NCBI GenBank assembly: GCA_964016885.1
Contig: OZ024740.1
Span: forward strand, 2,418,001 to 2,482,000
Reading direction: 5' to 3'
Source: Eledone cirrhosa
Lineage: Eukaryota
Length of the DNA stretch: 64,000 nt
Shown here: positions 44,890 to 57,949 of the stretch, piece after piece
Numbering within the stretch: the stretch's first letter is position 1
Layout of the letters: the number at the start of each line of letters is the position of its first letter
Translations under genes and position numbers: made by a program
Notes under the pieces: generated by a model
What the model was told of the DNA's origin: nothing
The model's input: the letters and a program-made list of their open reading frames with translations, nothing else
Database searches by the model: none

Positions 44890-47800
44890 ATAAAAAGTAT
44901 CCAGCCCACACTATAAAGTGGTCATGTAGGTGTCACAATAACAAGTACCCAGCCCACACTATAAAGTGGTCATGTAGGTCTCACAATAACAAGTATCCAG
45001 CCCACACTGTAAAGTGGTCATGTAGGTGTCACAATAAAAAGTTTCCAGCCCACACTGTAAAGTGGTCATGTAGGTGTCACAATAAAAAGTATCCAGCCCA
45101 CACTATAAAGTGGTCATGTAGGTGTCACAATAAAAAGTATCCAGCCCACACTGTAAAGTGGTCAAGTAGGTGTCACAATAAAAAGTACCTGGTCCTCACT
45201 GTAAAGTGGTCATGTAGGTGTCACAATAAAAAGTACCCAGCCCACACTATAAAGTGGTCATGTAGGTCTCACAATAACAAGTATCCAGCCCACACTGTAA
45301 AGTGGTCATGTAGGTGTCACAATAAAAAGTATCCAGCGCACACTGTAAAGTGGTCATGTAGGTGTCACAATAAAAAGTATCCAGCCCACACTGTAAAGTG
45401 GTCATATAGGTGTCACAATAAAAAGTATCCAGCCCACGCTGTAAAGTGGTCATGTAGGTGTCACAATAAAAAGTATCCAGTCCACACTGTAAAGTGGTCA
45501 TGTAGGTGTCACAATAAAAAGTACCTGGTCCTCACTATAAAGTGGTCATGTAGGTGTCACAATAAAAAGTATCCAGCCCACACTGTAAAGTGTTCATGTA
45601 GGTGTCACAATAAAAGGTACCCAGCCCACACTGTAAAGTGGTCATGTAGGTGGCACAATAAAAAGTACCCAGCCCACACTATAAAGTGGTCATGTAGGTC
45701 TCACAATAACAAGTATCCAGCCCACACTGTAAAGTGGTCATGTAGGTGTCACAATAAAAAGTTTCCAGCCCACACTGTAAAGTGGTCATGTAGGTGTCAC
45801 AATAAAAAGTATCCAGCCCACACTATAAAGTGGTCATGTAGGTGTCACAATAAAAAGTATCCAGCCCACACTGTAAAGTGGTCATGTAGGTGTCACAATA
45901 AAAAGTACCTGGTCCTCACTGTAAAGTGGTCATGTAGGTGTCACAATAAAAAGTACCCAGCCCACACTATAAAGTGGTCCTGTAGGTCTCACAATAACAA
46001 GTATCCAGCCCACACTGTAAAGTGGTCATGTAGGTGTCACAATAAAAAGTATCCAGCCCACACTTTAAAGTGGTCATGTAGGTGTCACAATAAAAAGTAT
46101 CCAGCCCACACTATAAAGTGGTCATGTAGGTGTCACAATAAAAAGTATCCAGCCCACACTCTAAAGTGGTCATGTAGGTGTCACAATAAAAGTACCTGGT
46201 CCTCACTATAAAGTGGTCATGTAGGTGTCACAATAAAAAGTACCTGGTCCTCACTATAAACTGGTCATGTAGGTGTCACAATAAAAAGTATCCAGCCCAC
46301 ACTATAAAGTGGTCATGTAGGTGTCACAATAAAAAGTACCCAGTCCACACTGTAAAGTGGTCATGTAGGTGTCACAATAAAAAGTATCCAGTCCACACTG
46401 TAAAGTGGTCATGTAGGTGTCACAATAAAAAGTACCCAGCCCACACTGTAAAGTGGTCATGTAGGTGTCACAATAAAAAGTACCTGGTCCTCACTATAAA
46501 GTGTTCATGTAGGTGTCACAACAAAAAGTACCTGGTCCTCACTATAAAGTGGTCATGTAGGTATCACAATAAAAAGTATCCAGTCCACACTGTAAAGTGG
46601 TCATGTAGGTGTCACAATAAAACGTACCCAGCCCTCACTCTAAAGTGGTCATGTAGGTGTCACAATAAAAAGTACCTGGTCCTCACTATAAGTGGTCATG
46701 TAGGTGTCACAATAAAAAGTATCCAGCCCACACTATAAAGTGGTCATGTAGGTGTCACAATAAAAAGTACCCAGTCCACACTGTAAAGTGGTCATGTAGG
46801 TGTCACAATAAAAAGTATCCAGTCCACACCGTAAAGTGGCCATGTAGGTGTTACAATAAAAAGTACCTGGTCCACACTGTAACGTGTTCATGTAGGTGTC
46901 ACAATAACAAGTATCCAGCCCACACTGTAAAGTGGTCATGTAGGTGTCACAATAAAAAGTACCTGGTCCTCACTATAAAGTGGTCATGTAGGTGTCACAA
47001 TAAAAAGTACCTGGTCCTCACTATAAAGTGGTCATGTAGGTGTCACAATAACAAGTATCCAGCCCACACTGTAAAGTGGTCATGTAGGTGTCACAATAAC
47101 AAGTATCCAGCCCACACTGTAAAGTGGTCATGTAGGTGTCACAATAACAAGTACCCAGCCCACACTATAAAGTGGTCATGTAGGTCTCACAATAACAAGT
47201 ATCCAGCCCACACTGTAAAGTGGTCATGTAGGTGTCACAATAAAAAGTTTCCAGCCCACACTGTAAAGTGGTCATGTAGGTGTCACAATAAAAAGTATCC
47301 AGCCCACACTATAAAGTGGTCATGTAGGTGTCACAATAAAAAGTATCCAGCCCACACTGTAAAGTGGTCATGTAGGTGTCACAATAAAAAGTATCCAGCC
47401 CACACTATAAAGTGGTCATGTAGGTGTCACAATAAAAAGTATCCAGCCCACACTCTAAAGTGGTCATGTAGGTGTCACAATAAAAGTACCTGGTCCTCAC
47501 TATAAAGTGGTCATGTAGGTGTCACAATAAAAAGTACCTGGTCCTCACTATAAACTGGTCATGTAGGTGTCACAATAAAAAGTATCCAGCCCACACTTTA
47601 CAGTGGTCATGTAGGTGTCACAATAAAAAGTACCCAGCCCACACTATAAAGTGGTCATGTAGGTCTCACAATAACAAGTATCCAGCCCACACTGTAAAGT
47701 GGTCATGTAGGTGTCACAATAAAAAGTATCCAGCCCACACTTTAAAGTGGTCATGTAGGTGTCACAATAAAAAGTATCCAGCCCACACTATAAAGTGGTC

Positions 47801-50800
47801 ATGTAGGTGTCACAATAAAAAGTATCCAGCCCACACTCTAAAGTGTTCATGTAGGTGTCACAATAAAAGTACCTGGTCCTCACTATAAAGTGGTCATGTA
47901 GGTGTCACAATAAAAAGTACCTGGTCCTCACTATAAACTGGTCATGTAGGTGTCACAATAAAAAGTATCCAGCCCACACTATAAAGTGGTCATGTAGGTG
48001 TCACAATAAAAAGTACCCAGTCCACACTGTAAAGTGGTCATGTAGGTGTCACAATAAAAAGTATCCAGTCCACACTGTAAACTGGTCATGTAGGTGTCAC
48101 AATAAAAAGTACCCAGCCCACACTGTAAAGTGGTCATGTAGGTGTCACAATAAAAAGTACCTGGTCCTCACTATAAAGTGTTCATGTAGGTGTCACAACA
48201 AAAAGTACCTGGTCCTCACTATAAAGTGGTCATGTAGGTATCACAATAAAAAGTACCCAGCCCACACTGTAAAGTGGTCATGTAGGTGTCACAATAAAAA
48301 GTACCTGGTCCTCACTATAAAGTGTTCATGTAGGTGTCACAACAAAAAGTACCTGGTCCTCACTATAAAGTGGTCATGTAGGTATCACAATAAAAAGTAC
48401 CCAGCCCACACTGTAAAGTGGTCATGTAGGTGTCACAATAAAAAGTACCTGGTCCTCACTATAAGTGGTCATGTAGGTGTCACAATAAAAAGTATCCAGC
48501 CCACACTGTAAAGTGGTCATGTAGGTGTCACAATAACAAGTACCCAGTCCACACTGTAAAGTGGTCATGTAGGTGTCACAATAAAAAGTACCCAGCCCAC
48601 ACTGTAAAGTGGTCATGAAGGTGTCACAATAAAAAGTATCCAGCTCACACTATAAAGTGGTCATGTAGGTGTCACAATAAAAAGTATCCAGACCACACTA
48701 TAAAGTGGTCATGTAGGTGTCACAATAAAAAGTACCCAGCCCACACTATAAAGTGGTCATGTAGGTGTCACAATAAAAAGTACCCAGTCCACACTGTAAA
48801 GTGGTCATGTAGTTGTCACAATAAAAAGTATCCAGCCCACACTATAAAGTGGTCATGTAGGTGTCACAATAACAAGTACCCAGCCCACACTATAAAGTGG
48901 TCATGTAGGTCTCACAATAACAAGTATCCAGCCCACACTGTAAAGTGGTCATGTAGGTGTCACAATAAAAAGTTTCCAGCCCACACTGTAAAGTGGTCAT
49001 GTAGGTGTCACAATAAAAAGTATCCAGCCCACACTATAAAGTGGTCATGTAGGTGTCACAATAAAAAGTATCCAGCCCACACTGTAAAGTGGTCAAGTAG
49101 GTGTCACAATAAAAAGTACCTGGTCCTCACTGTAAAGTGGTCATGTAGGTGTCACAATAAAAAGTACCCAGCCCACACTATAAAGTGGTCATGTAGGTCT
49201 CACAATAACAAGTATCCAGCCCACACTGTAAAGTGGTCATGTAGGTGTCACAATAAAAAGTATCCAGCGCACACTGTAAAGTGGTCATGTAGGTGTCACA
49301 ATAAAAAGTATCCAGCCCACACTGTAAAGTGGTCATATAGGTGTCACAATAAAAAGTATCCAGCCCACGCTGTAAAGTGGTCATGTAGGTGTCACAATAA
49401 AAAGTATCCAGTCCACACTGTAAAGTGGTCATGTAGGTGTCACAATAAAAAGTACCTGGTCCTCACTATAAAGTGGTCATGTAGGTGTCACAATAAAAAG
49501 TATCCAGCCCACACTGTAAAGTGTTCATGTAGGTGTCACAATAAAAGGTACCCAGCCCACACTGTAAAGTGGTCATGTAGGTGTCACAATAAAAAGTACC
49601 CAGCCCACACTATAAAGTGGTCATGTAGGTCTCACAATAACAAGTATCCAGCCCACACTGTAAAGTGGTCATGTAGGTGTCACAATAAAAAGTTTCCAGC
49701 CCACACTGTAAAGTGGTCATGTAGGTGTCACAATAAAAAGTATCCAGCCCACACTATAAAGTGGTCATGTAGGTGTCACAATAAAAAGTATCCAGCCCAC
49801 ACTGTAAAGTGGTCATGTAGGTGTCACAATAAAAAGTACCTGGTCCTCACTGTAAAGTGGTCATGTAGGTGTCACAATAAAAAGTACCCAGCCCACACTA
49901 TAAAGTGGTCCTGTAGGTCTCACAATAACAAGTATCCAGCCCACACTGTAAAGTGGTCATGTAGGTGTCACAATAAAAAGTATCCAGCCCACACTTTAAA
50001 GTGGTCATGTAGGTGTCACAATAAAAAGTATCCAGCCCACACTATAAAGTGGTCATGTAGGTGTCACAATAAAAAGTATCCAGCCCACACTCTAAAGTGG
50101 TCATGTAGGTGTCACAATAAAAGTACCTGGTCCTCACTATAAAGTGGTCATGTAGGTGTCACAATAAAAAGTACCTGGTCCTCACTATAAACTGGTCATG
50201 TAGGTGTCACAATAAAAAGTATCCAGCCCACACTATAAAGTGGTCATGTAGGTGTCACAATAAAAAGTACCCAGTCCACACTGTAAAGTGGTCATGTAGG
50301 TGTCACAATAAAAAGTATCCAGTCCACACTGTAAAGTGGTCATGTAGGTGTCACAATAAAAAGTACCCAGCCCACACTGTAAAGTGGTCATGTAGGTGTC
50401 ACAATAAAAAGTACCTGGTCCTCACTATAAAGTGTTCATGTAGGTGTCACAACAAAAAGTACCTGGTCCTCACTATAAAGTGGTCATGTAGGTATCACAA
50501 TAAAAAGTATCCAGTCCACACTGTAAAGTGGTCATGTAGGTGTCACAATAAAAAGTACCCAGCCCTCACTCTAAAGTGGTCATGTAGGTGTCACAATAAA
50601 AAGTACCTGGTCCTCACTATAAGTGGTCATGTAGGTGTCACAATAAAAAGTATCCAGCCCACACTATAAAGTGGTCATGTAGGTGTCACAATAAAAAGTA
50701 CCCAGTCCACACTGTAAAGTGGTCATGTAGGTGTCACAATAAAAAGTATCCAGTCCACACCGTAAAGTGGCCATGTAGGTGTTACAATAAAAAGTACCTG

Positions 50801-52411
50801 GTCCACACTGTAACGTGTTCATGTAGGTGTCACAATAACAAGTATCCAGCCCACACTGTAAAGTGGTCATGTAGGTGTCACAATAAAAAGTACCTGGTCC
50901 TCACTATAAAGTGGTCATGTAGGTGTCACAATAAAAAGTACCTGGTCCTCACTATAAAGTGGTCATGTAGGTGTCACAATAACAAGTATCCAGCCCACAC
51001 TGTAAAGTGGTCATGTAGGTGTCACAATAACAAGTATCCAGCCCACACTGTAAAGTGGTCATGTAGGTGTCACAATAACAAGTACCCAGCCCACACTATA
51101 AAGTGGTCATGTAGGTCTCACAATAACAAGTATCCAGCCCACACTGTAAAGTGGTCATGTAGGTGTCACAATAAAAAGTTTCCAGCCCACACTGTAAAGT
51201 GGTCATGTAGGTGTCACAATAAAAAGTATCCAGCCCACACTATAAAGTGATCATGTAGGTGTCACAATAAAAAGTATCCAGCCCACACTGTAAAGTGGTC
51301 ATGTAGGTGTCACAATAAAAAGTATCCAGCCCACACTATAAAGTGGTCATGTAGGTGTCACAATAAAAAGTATCCAGCCCACACTCTAAAGTGGTCATGT
51401 AGGTGTCACAATAAAAGTACCTGGTCCTCACTATAAAGTGGTCATGTAGGTGTCACAATAAAAAGTACCTGGTCCTCACTATAAACTGGTCATGTAGGTG
51501 TCACAATAAAAAGTATCCAGCCCACACTTTACAGTGGTCATGTAGGTGTCACAATAAAAAGTACCCAGCCCACACTATAAAGTGGTCATGTAGGTCTCAC
51601 AATAACAAGTATCCAGCCCACACTGTAAAGTGGTCATGTAGGTGTCACAATAAAAAGTATCCAGCCCACACTTTAAAGTGGTCATGTAGGTGTCACAATA
51701 AAAAGTATCCAGCCCACACTATAAAGTGGTCATGTAGGTGTCACAATAAAAAGTATCCAGCCCACACTCTAAAGTGTTCATGTAGGTGTCACAATAAAAG
51801 TACCTGGTCCTCACTATAAAGTGGTCATGTAGGTGTCACAATAAAAAGTACCTGGTCCTCACTATAAACTGGTCATGTAGGTGTCACAATAAAAAGTATC
51901 CAGCCCACACTATAAAGTGGTCATGTAGGTGTCACAATAAAAAGTACCCAGTCCACACTGTAAAGTGGTCATGTAGGTGTCACAATAAAAAGTATCCAGT
52001 CCACACTGTAAACTGGTCATGTAGGTGTCACAATAAAAAGTACCCAGCCCACACTGTAAAGTGGTCATGTAGGTGTCACAATAAAAAGTACCTGGTCCTC
52101 ACTATAAAGTGTTCATGTAGGTGTCACATCAAAAAGTACCTGGTCCTCACTATAAAGTGGTCATGTAGGTATCACAATAAAAAGTACCCAGCCCACACTG
52201 TAAAGTGGTCATGTAGGTGTCACAATAAAAAGTACCTGGTCCTCACTATAAAGTGTTCATGTAGGTGTCACAACAAAAAGTACCTGGTCCTCACTATAAA
52301 GTGGTCATGTAGGTATCACAATAAAAAGTACCCAGCCCACACTGTAAAGTGGTCATGTAGGTGTCACAATAAAAAGTACCTGGTCCTCACTATAAGTGGT
52401 CATGTAGGTGT
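44550..52411. repeat. 3931-bp (82-monomer) tandem duplication, junction at about 48470-48507
   Basis: ORF pairs 45247/49178 and 46733/50664; TTACAGTGG ~47598/~51529; GGTCCTGTAGG and GCCCTCACTCT variants are each doubled at this offset. Confidence 0.85.
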
Positions 52412-55400
52412 CACAATAAAAAGTATCCAGCCCACACTATAAAGTGGTCATGTAGGTGTCACAATAAAAAGTACCCAGTCCACACTGTAAAGTGGTCATG
52501 TAGGTGTCACAATAAAAAGTATCCAGTCCACACCGTAAAGTGGCCATGTAGGTGTTACAATAAAAAGTACCTGGTCCACACTGTAACGTGGTCATGTAGG
52601 TGTCACAATAACAAGTATCCAGCCCACACTGTAAAGTGGTCATGTAGGTGTCACAATAAAAAGTACCTGGTCCTCACTATAAAGTGGTCATGTAGGTGTC
52701 ACAATAAAAAGTACCTGGTCCTCACTATAAAGTGGTCATGTAGGTGTCACAATAACAAGTATCCAGCCCACACTGTAAAGTGGTCATGTAGGTGTCACAA
52801 TAACAAGTATCCAGCCCACACTGTAAAGTGGTCATGTAGGTGTCACAATAACAAGTACCCAGTCCACACTGTAAAGTGGTCATGTAGGTGTCACAATAAC
52901 AAGTACCTAGTCCACACTGTAAAGTGGTTATGTAGGTGTCGCAATAAAAAGTACTCAGCCCACACTATAAAGTGTTCATGTAGGTGTCACAATAACAAGT
53001 ACCCAGCCCACACTATAAAGTGGTCATGTAGGTGTCACAATAAAAAGTACCCAGCCCACACTGTAAAGTGGTCATGTAGGTGTCACAATAACAAGTACCC
53101 AGTCCACACTGTAAAGTGGTCATGTAGGTGTCACAATAAAAAGTACCCAGCCCACACTATAAAGTGGTCATGTAGGTGTCACAATAACAAGTACCCAGCC
53201 CACACTATGAAGTGGTCATGTAGGTGTCACAATAACAAGTACCCAGTCCACACTGTAAAGTGGTCATGTAGGTGTCACAATAAAAAGTACCCAGCCCACA
53301 CTATAAAGTGGTCATGTAGGTGTCACAATAAAATGTATCCAGTCCACACTATAAAGTGGTCATGTAGGTGTCACAATAAAAAGTATCCAGTCCACACCGT
53401 TAAGTGATCATGTAGGTGTCACAATAAAAAGTACCCAGCCCACACTGTAAAGTGGTCATGTAGGTGTCACAATAAAAAGTACCTGGTCCACACTGTAAAG
53501 TGGTCATGTAGGTTTCACAATAAAAAGTACCCGGTCCTCACTATAAAGTGGTCATGTAGGTGTCACAATAAAAAGTATCCAGTCCACACTGTAAAGTGGT
53601 CATGTAGGTGTCACAATAAAAAGTACCCAGTCCACACTGTAAAGTGGTCATGTAGGTGTCACAATAAAAAGTATCCAGTCCACACTATAAAGTGGTCATG
53701 TAGGTGTCACAATAAAAAGTATCCAGCCCACACTGTAAAGTGGTCATGTAGGTGTCACAATAACAAGTACCCAGTCCACACTGTAAAGTGGTCATGTAGG
53801 TGTCACAATAAAAAGTACCCAGCCCACACTGTAAAGTGGTCATGAAGGTGTCACAATAAAAAGTATCCAGCTCACACTATAAAGTGGTCATGTAGGTGTC
53901 ACAATAAAAAGTATCCAGACCACACTATAAAGTGGTCATGTAGGTGTCACAATAAAAAGTACCCAGCCCACACTATAAAGTGGTCATGTAGGTGTCACAA
54001 TAAAAAGTACCCAGTCCACACTGTAAAGTGGTCATGTAGTTGTCACAATAAAAAGTATCCAGCCCACACTATAAAGTGGTCATGTAGGTGTCACAATAAC
54101 AAGTACCCAGCCCACACTATAAAGTGGTCATGTAGGTCTCACAATAACAAGTATCCAGCCCACACTGTAAAGTGGTCATGTAGGTGTCACAATAAAAAGT
54201 TTCCAGCCCACACTGTAAAGTGGTCATGTAGGTGTCACAATAAAAAGTATCCAGCCCACACTATAAAGTGGTCAAGTAGGTGTCACAATAAAAAGTATCC
54301 AGCCCACACTGTAAAGTGGTCAAGTAGGTGTCACAATAAAAAGTACCTGGTCCTCACTGTAAAGTGGTCATGTAGGTGTCACAATAAAAAGTACCCAGCC
54401 CACACTATAAAGTGGTCATGTAGGTCTCACAATAACAAGTATCCAGCCCACACTGTAAAGTGGTCATGTAGGTGTCACAATAAAAAGTATCCAGCGCACA
54501 CTGTAAAGTGGTCATGTAGGTGTCACAATAAAAAGTATCCAGCCCACACTGTAAAGTGGTCATATAGGTGTCACAATAAAAAGTATCCAGCCCACGCTGT
54601 AAAGTGGTCATGTAGGTGTCACAATAAAAAGTATCCAGTCCACACTGTAAAGTGGTCATGTAGGTGTCACAATAAAAAGTACCTGGTCCTCACTATAAAG
54701 TGGTCATGTAGGTGTCACAATAAAAAGTACCTGGTCCTCACTATAAACTGGTCATGTAGGTGTCACAATAAAAAGTATCCAGCCCACACTATAAAGTGGT
54801 CATGTAGGTGTCACAATAAAAAGTACCCAGTCCACACTGTAAAGTGGTCATGTAGGTGTCACAATAAAAAGTATCCAGTCCACACTGTAAAGTGGTCATG
54901 TAGGTGTCACAATAAAAAGTACCCAGCCCACACTGTAAAGTGGTCATGTAGGTGTCACAATAAAAAGTACCTGGTCCTCACTATAAAGTGTTCATGTAGG
55001 TGTCACAACAAAAAGTACCTGGTCCTCACTATAAAGTGGTCATGTAGGTATCACAATAAAAAGTATCCAGTCCACACTGTAAAGTGGTCATGTAGGTGTC
55101 ACAATAAAAAGTACCCAGCCCACACTGTAAAGTGGTCATGTAGGTGTCACAATAAAAAGTACCTGGTCCTCACTATAAGTGGTCATGTAGGTGTCACAAT
55201 AAAAAGTATCCAGCCCACACTATAAAGTGGTCATGTAGGTGTCACAATAAAAAGTACCCAGTCCACACTCTAAAGTGGTCGTGTAGGTGTCACAATAAAA
55301 AGTATCCAGTCCACACCGTAAAGTGGCCATGTAGGTGTTACAATAAAAAGTACCTGGTCCACACTGTAACGTGGTCATGTAGGTGTCACAATAACAAGTA

Positions 55401-57949
55401 TCCAGCCCACACTGTAAAGTGGTCATGTAGGTGTCACAATAAAAAGTACCTGGTCCTCACTATAAAGTGGTCATGTAGGTGTCACAATAAAAAGTACCTG
55501 GTCCTCACTATAAAGTGGTCATGTAGGTGTCACAATAACAAGTATCCAGCCCACACTGTAAAGTGGTCATGTAGGTGTCACAATAAAAAGTATCCAGCCC
55601 ACACTGTAAAGTGGTCATGTAGGTGTCACAATAAAAAGTACCTGGTCCTCACTGTAAAGTGGTCATGTAGGTGTCACAATAAAAAGTATCCAGCCCACAC
55701 TATAAAGTGGTCATGTAGGTGTCACAATAAAAGTACCTGGTCCTCACTATAAAGTGGTCATGTATGTGTCACAATAAAAAGTACCTGGTCCTCACTATAA
55801 ACTGGTCATGTAGGTGTCACAATAAAAAGTATCCAGCCCACACTATAAAGTGTTCATGTAGGTGTCACAATAACAAGTACCCAGCCCACACTATAAAGTG
55901 GTCATGTAGGTGTCACAATAAAAAGTACCCAGCCCACACTGTAAAGTGGTCATGTAGGTGTCACAATAACAAGTACCCAGTCCACACTGTAAAGTGGTCA
56001 TGTAGGTGTCACAATAAAAAGTACCCAGCCCACACTATAAAGTGGTCATGTAGGTGTCACAATAACAAGTACCCAGCCCACACTATAAAGTGGTCATGTA
56101 GGTGTCACAATAACAAGTACCCAGTCCACACTGTAAAGTGGTCATGTAGGTGTCACAATAAAAAGTACCCAGCCCACACTATAAAGTGGTCATGTAGGTG
56201 TCACAATAAAAAGTATCCAGTCCACACTATAAAGTGGTCATGTAGGTGTCACAATAAAAAGTATCCAGTCCACACCGTTAAGTGGTCATGTAGGTGTCAC
56301 AATAAAAAGTACCCAGCCCACACTGTAAAGTGGTCATGTAGGTGTCACAATAAAAAGTACCTGGTCCACACTGTAAAGTGGTCATGTAGGTTTCACAATA
56401 AAAAGTACCCGGTCCTCACTATAAAGTGGTCATGTAGGTGTCACAATAAAAAGTATCCAGTCCACACTGTAAAGTGGTCATGTAGGTGTCACAATAAAAA
56501 GTACCCAGTCCACACTGTAAAGTGCTCATGTAGGTGTCACAATAAAAAGTATCCAGTCCACACTATAAAGTGGTCATGTAGGTGTCACAATAAAAAGTAC
56601 CCAGTCCACACTGTAAAGTGGTCATGTAGGTGTCACAATAAAAAGTACCCAGTCCACACTGTGAAGTGGTCATGTAGGTGTCACAATAAAAAGTACCCAG
56701 CCCACACTGTAAAGTGGTCATGTAGGTGTCACAATAAAAAGTTCCCAGTCCACACTGTAAAGTGGTCATGTAGGTGTCACAATAAAAAGTACCCAGTCCA
56801 CACTATAAAGTGGTCATGTAGGTGTCACAATAACAATATCCAGCCCACACTATAAAGTGGTCATGTAGGTGTCACAATAACAAGTACCCAGTCCACACTG
56901 TAAAGTGGTCATGTAGGTTTCACAATAAAAAGTATCCAGCCCACACTGTAAAGTGGTCATGTAGGTGTCACAATAACAAGTACCCAGTCCACATTGTAAA
57001 GTGGTCATGTAGGTGTCACAATAAAAAGTACCCAGCCCACACTATAAAGTGGTCATGTAGGTGTCACAATAAAAAGTATCCAGCCCACACTGTAAAGTGG
57101 TCATGAAGGTGTCACAATAAAAAGTATCCAGCTCACACTATAAAGTGGTCATGTAGGTGTCACAATAAAAAGTATCCAGCCCACACTATAAAGTGGTCAT
57201 GTAGGTGTCACAATAAAAAGTACCCAGCCAACATTATAAAGTGGACATGTAGGTGTCACAATAAAAAGTATCCAGCCTACGCTATAAAGTGGTCATGTAG
57301 GTGTCACAATAACAAGTATCCAGCCCACACTGTAAAGTGGTCATGTAGGTGTCACAATAACAAGTACCCAGTCCACACTATAAAGTGGTCATGCAGGTGT
57401 CACAATAAAAAGTATCCAGTCCACACTATAAAGTGGTCATGTAGGTGTCACAATAAAAAGTATACAGTCCACACTGTAAAGTGGTCATGAAGGTGTCACA
57501 ATAAAAAGTACCCAGTCCACACTATAAAGTGGTCATGTAGGTGTCACAATAAAAAGTATCCAGTCCACATTGTAAAGTGGTCATGTAGGTGTCACAATAA
57601 AAAGTACCTGGTCCTCACTATAAAGTGGTCATGTAGGTGTCACAATAAAAAGTATCCAGCCCACACTGTAAAGTGTTCATGTAGGTGTCACAATAAAAGG
57701 TACCCAGCCCACACTGTAAAGTGGTCATGTAGGTGTCACAATAAAAAGTACCCAGCCCACACTATAATTTGGTCATGTAGGTCTCACAATAACAAGTATC
57801 CAGCCCACACTGTAAAGTGGTCATGTAGGTGTCACAATAAAAAGTTTCCAGCCCACACTGTAAAGTGGTCATGTAGGTGTCACAATAAAAAGTATCCAGC
57901 TCACACTATAAAGTGGTCATGTAGGTGTCACAATAAAAAGTATCCAGCC

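Noticed and set aside
55764-56855. Zinc-finger, multiheme cytochrome or metallothionein reading of CRCH repeats
   Set aside because: The motif is CxCH, not the CxxCH heme motif, and the spacing does not fit C2H2 fingers. The frame is broken by amplified frameshifts.
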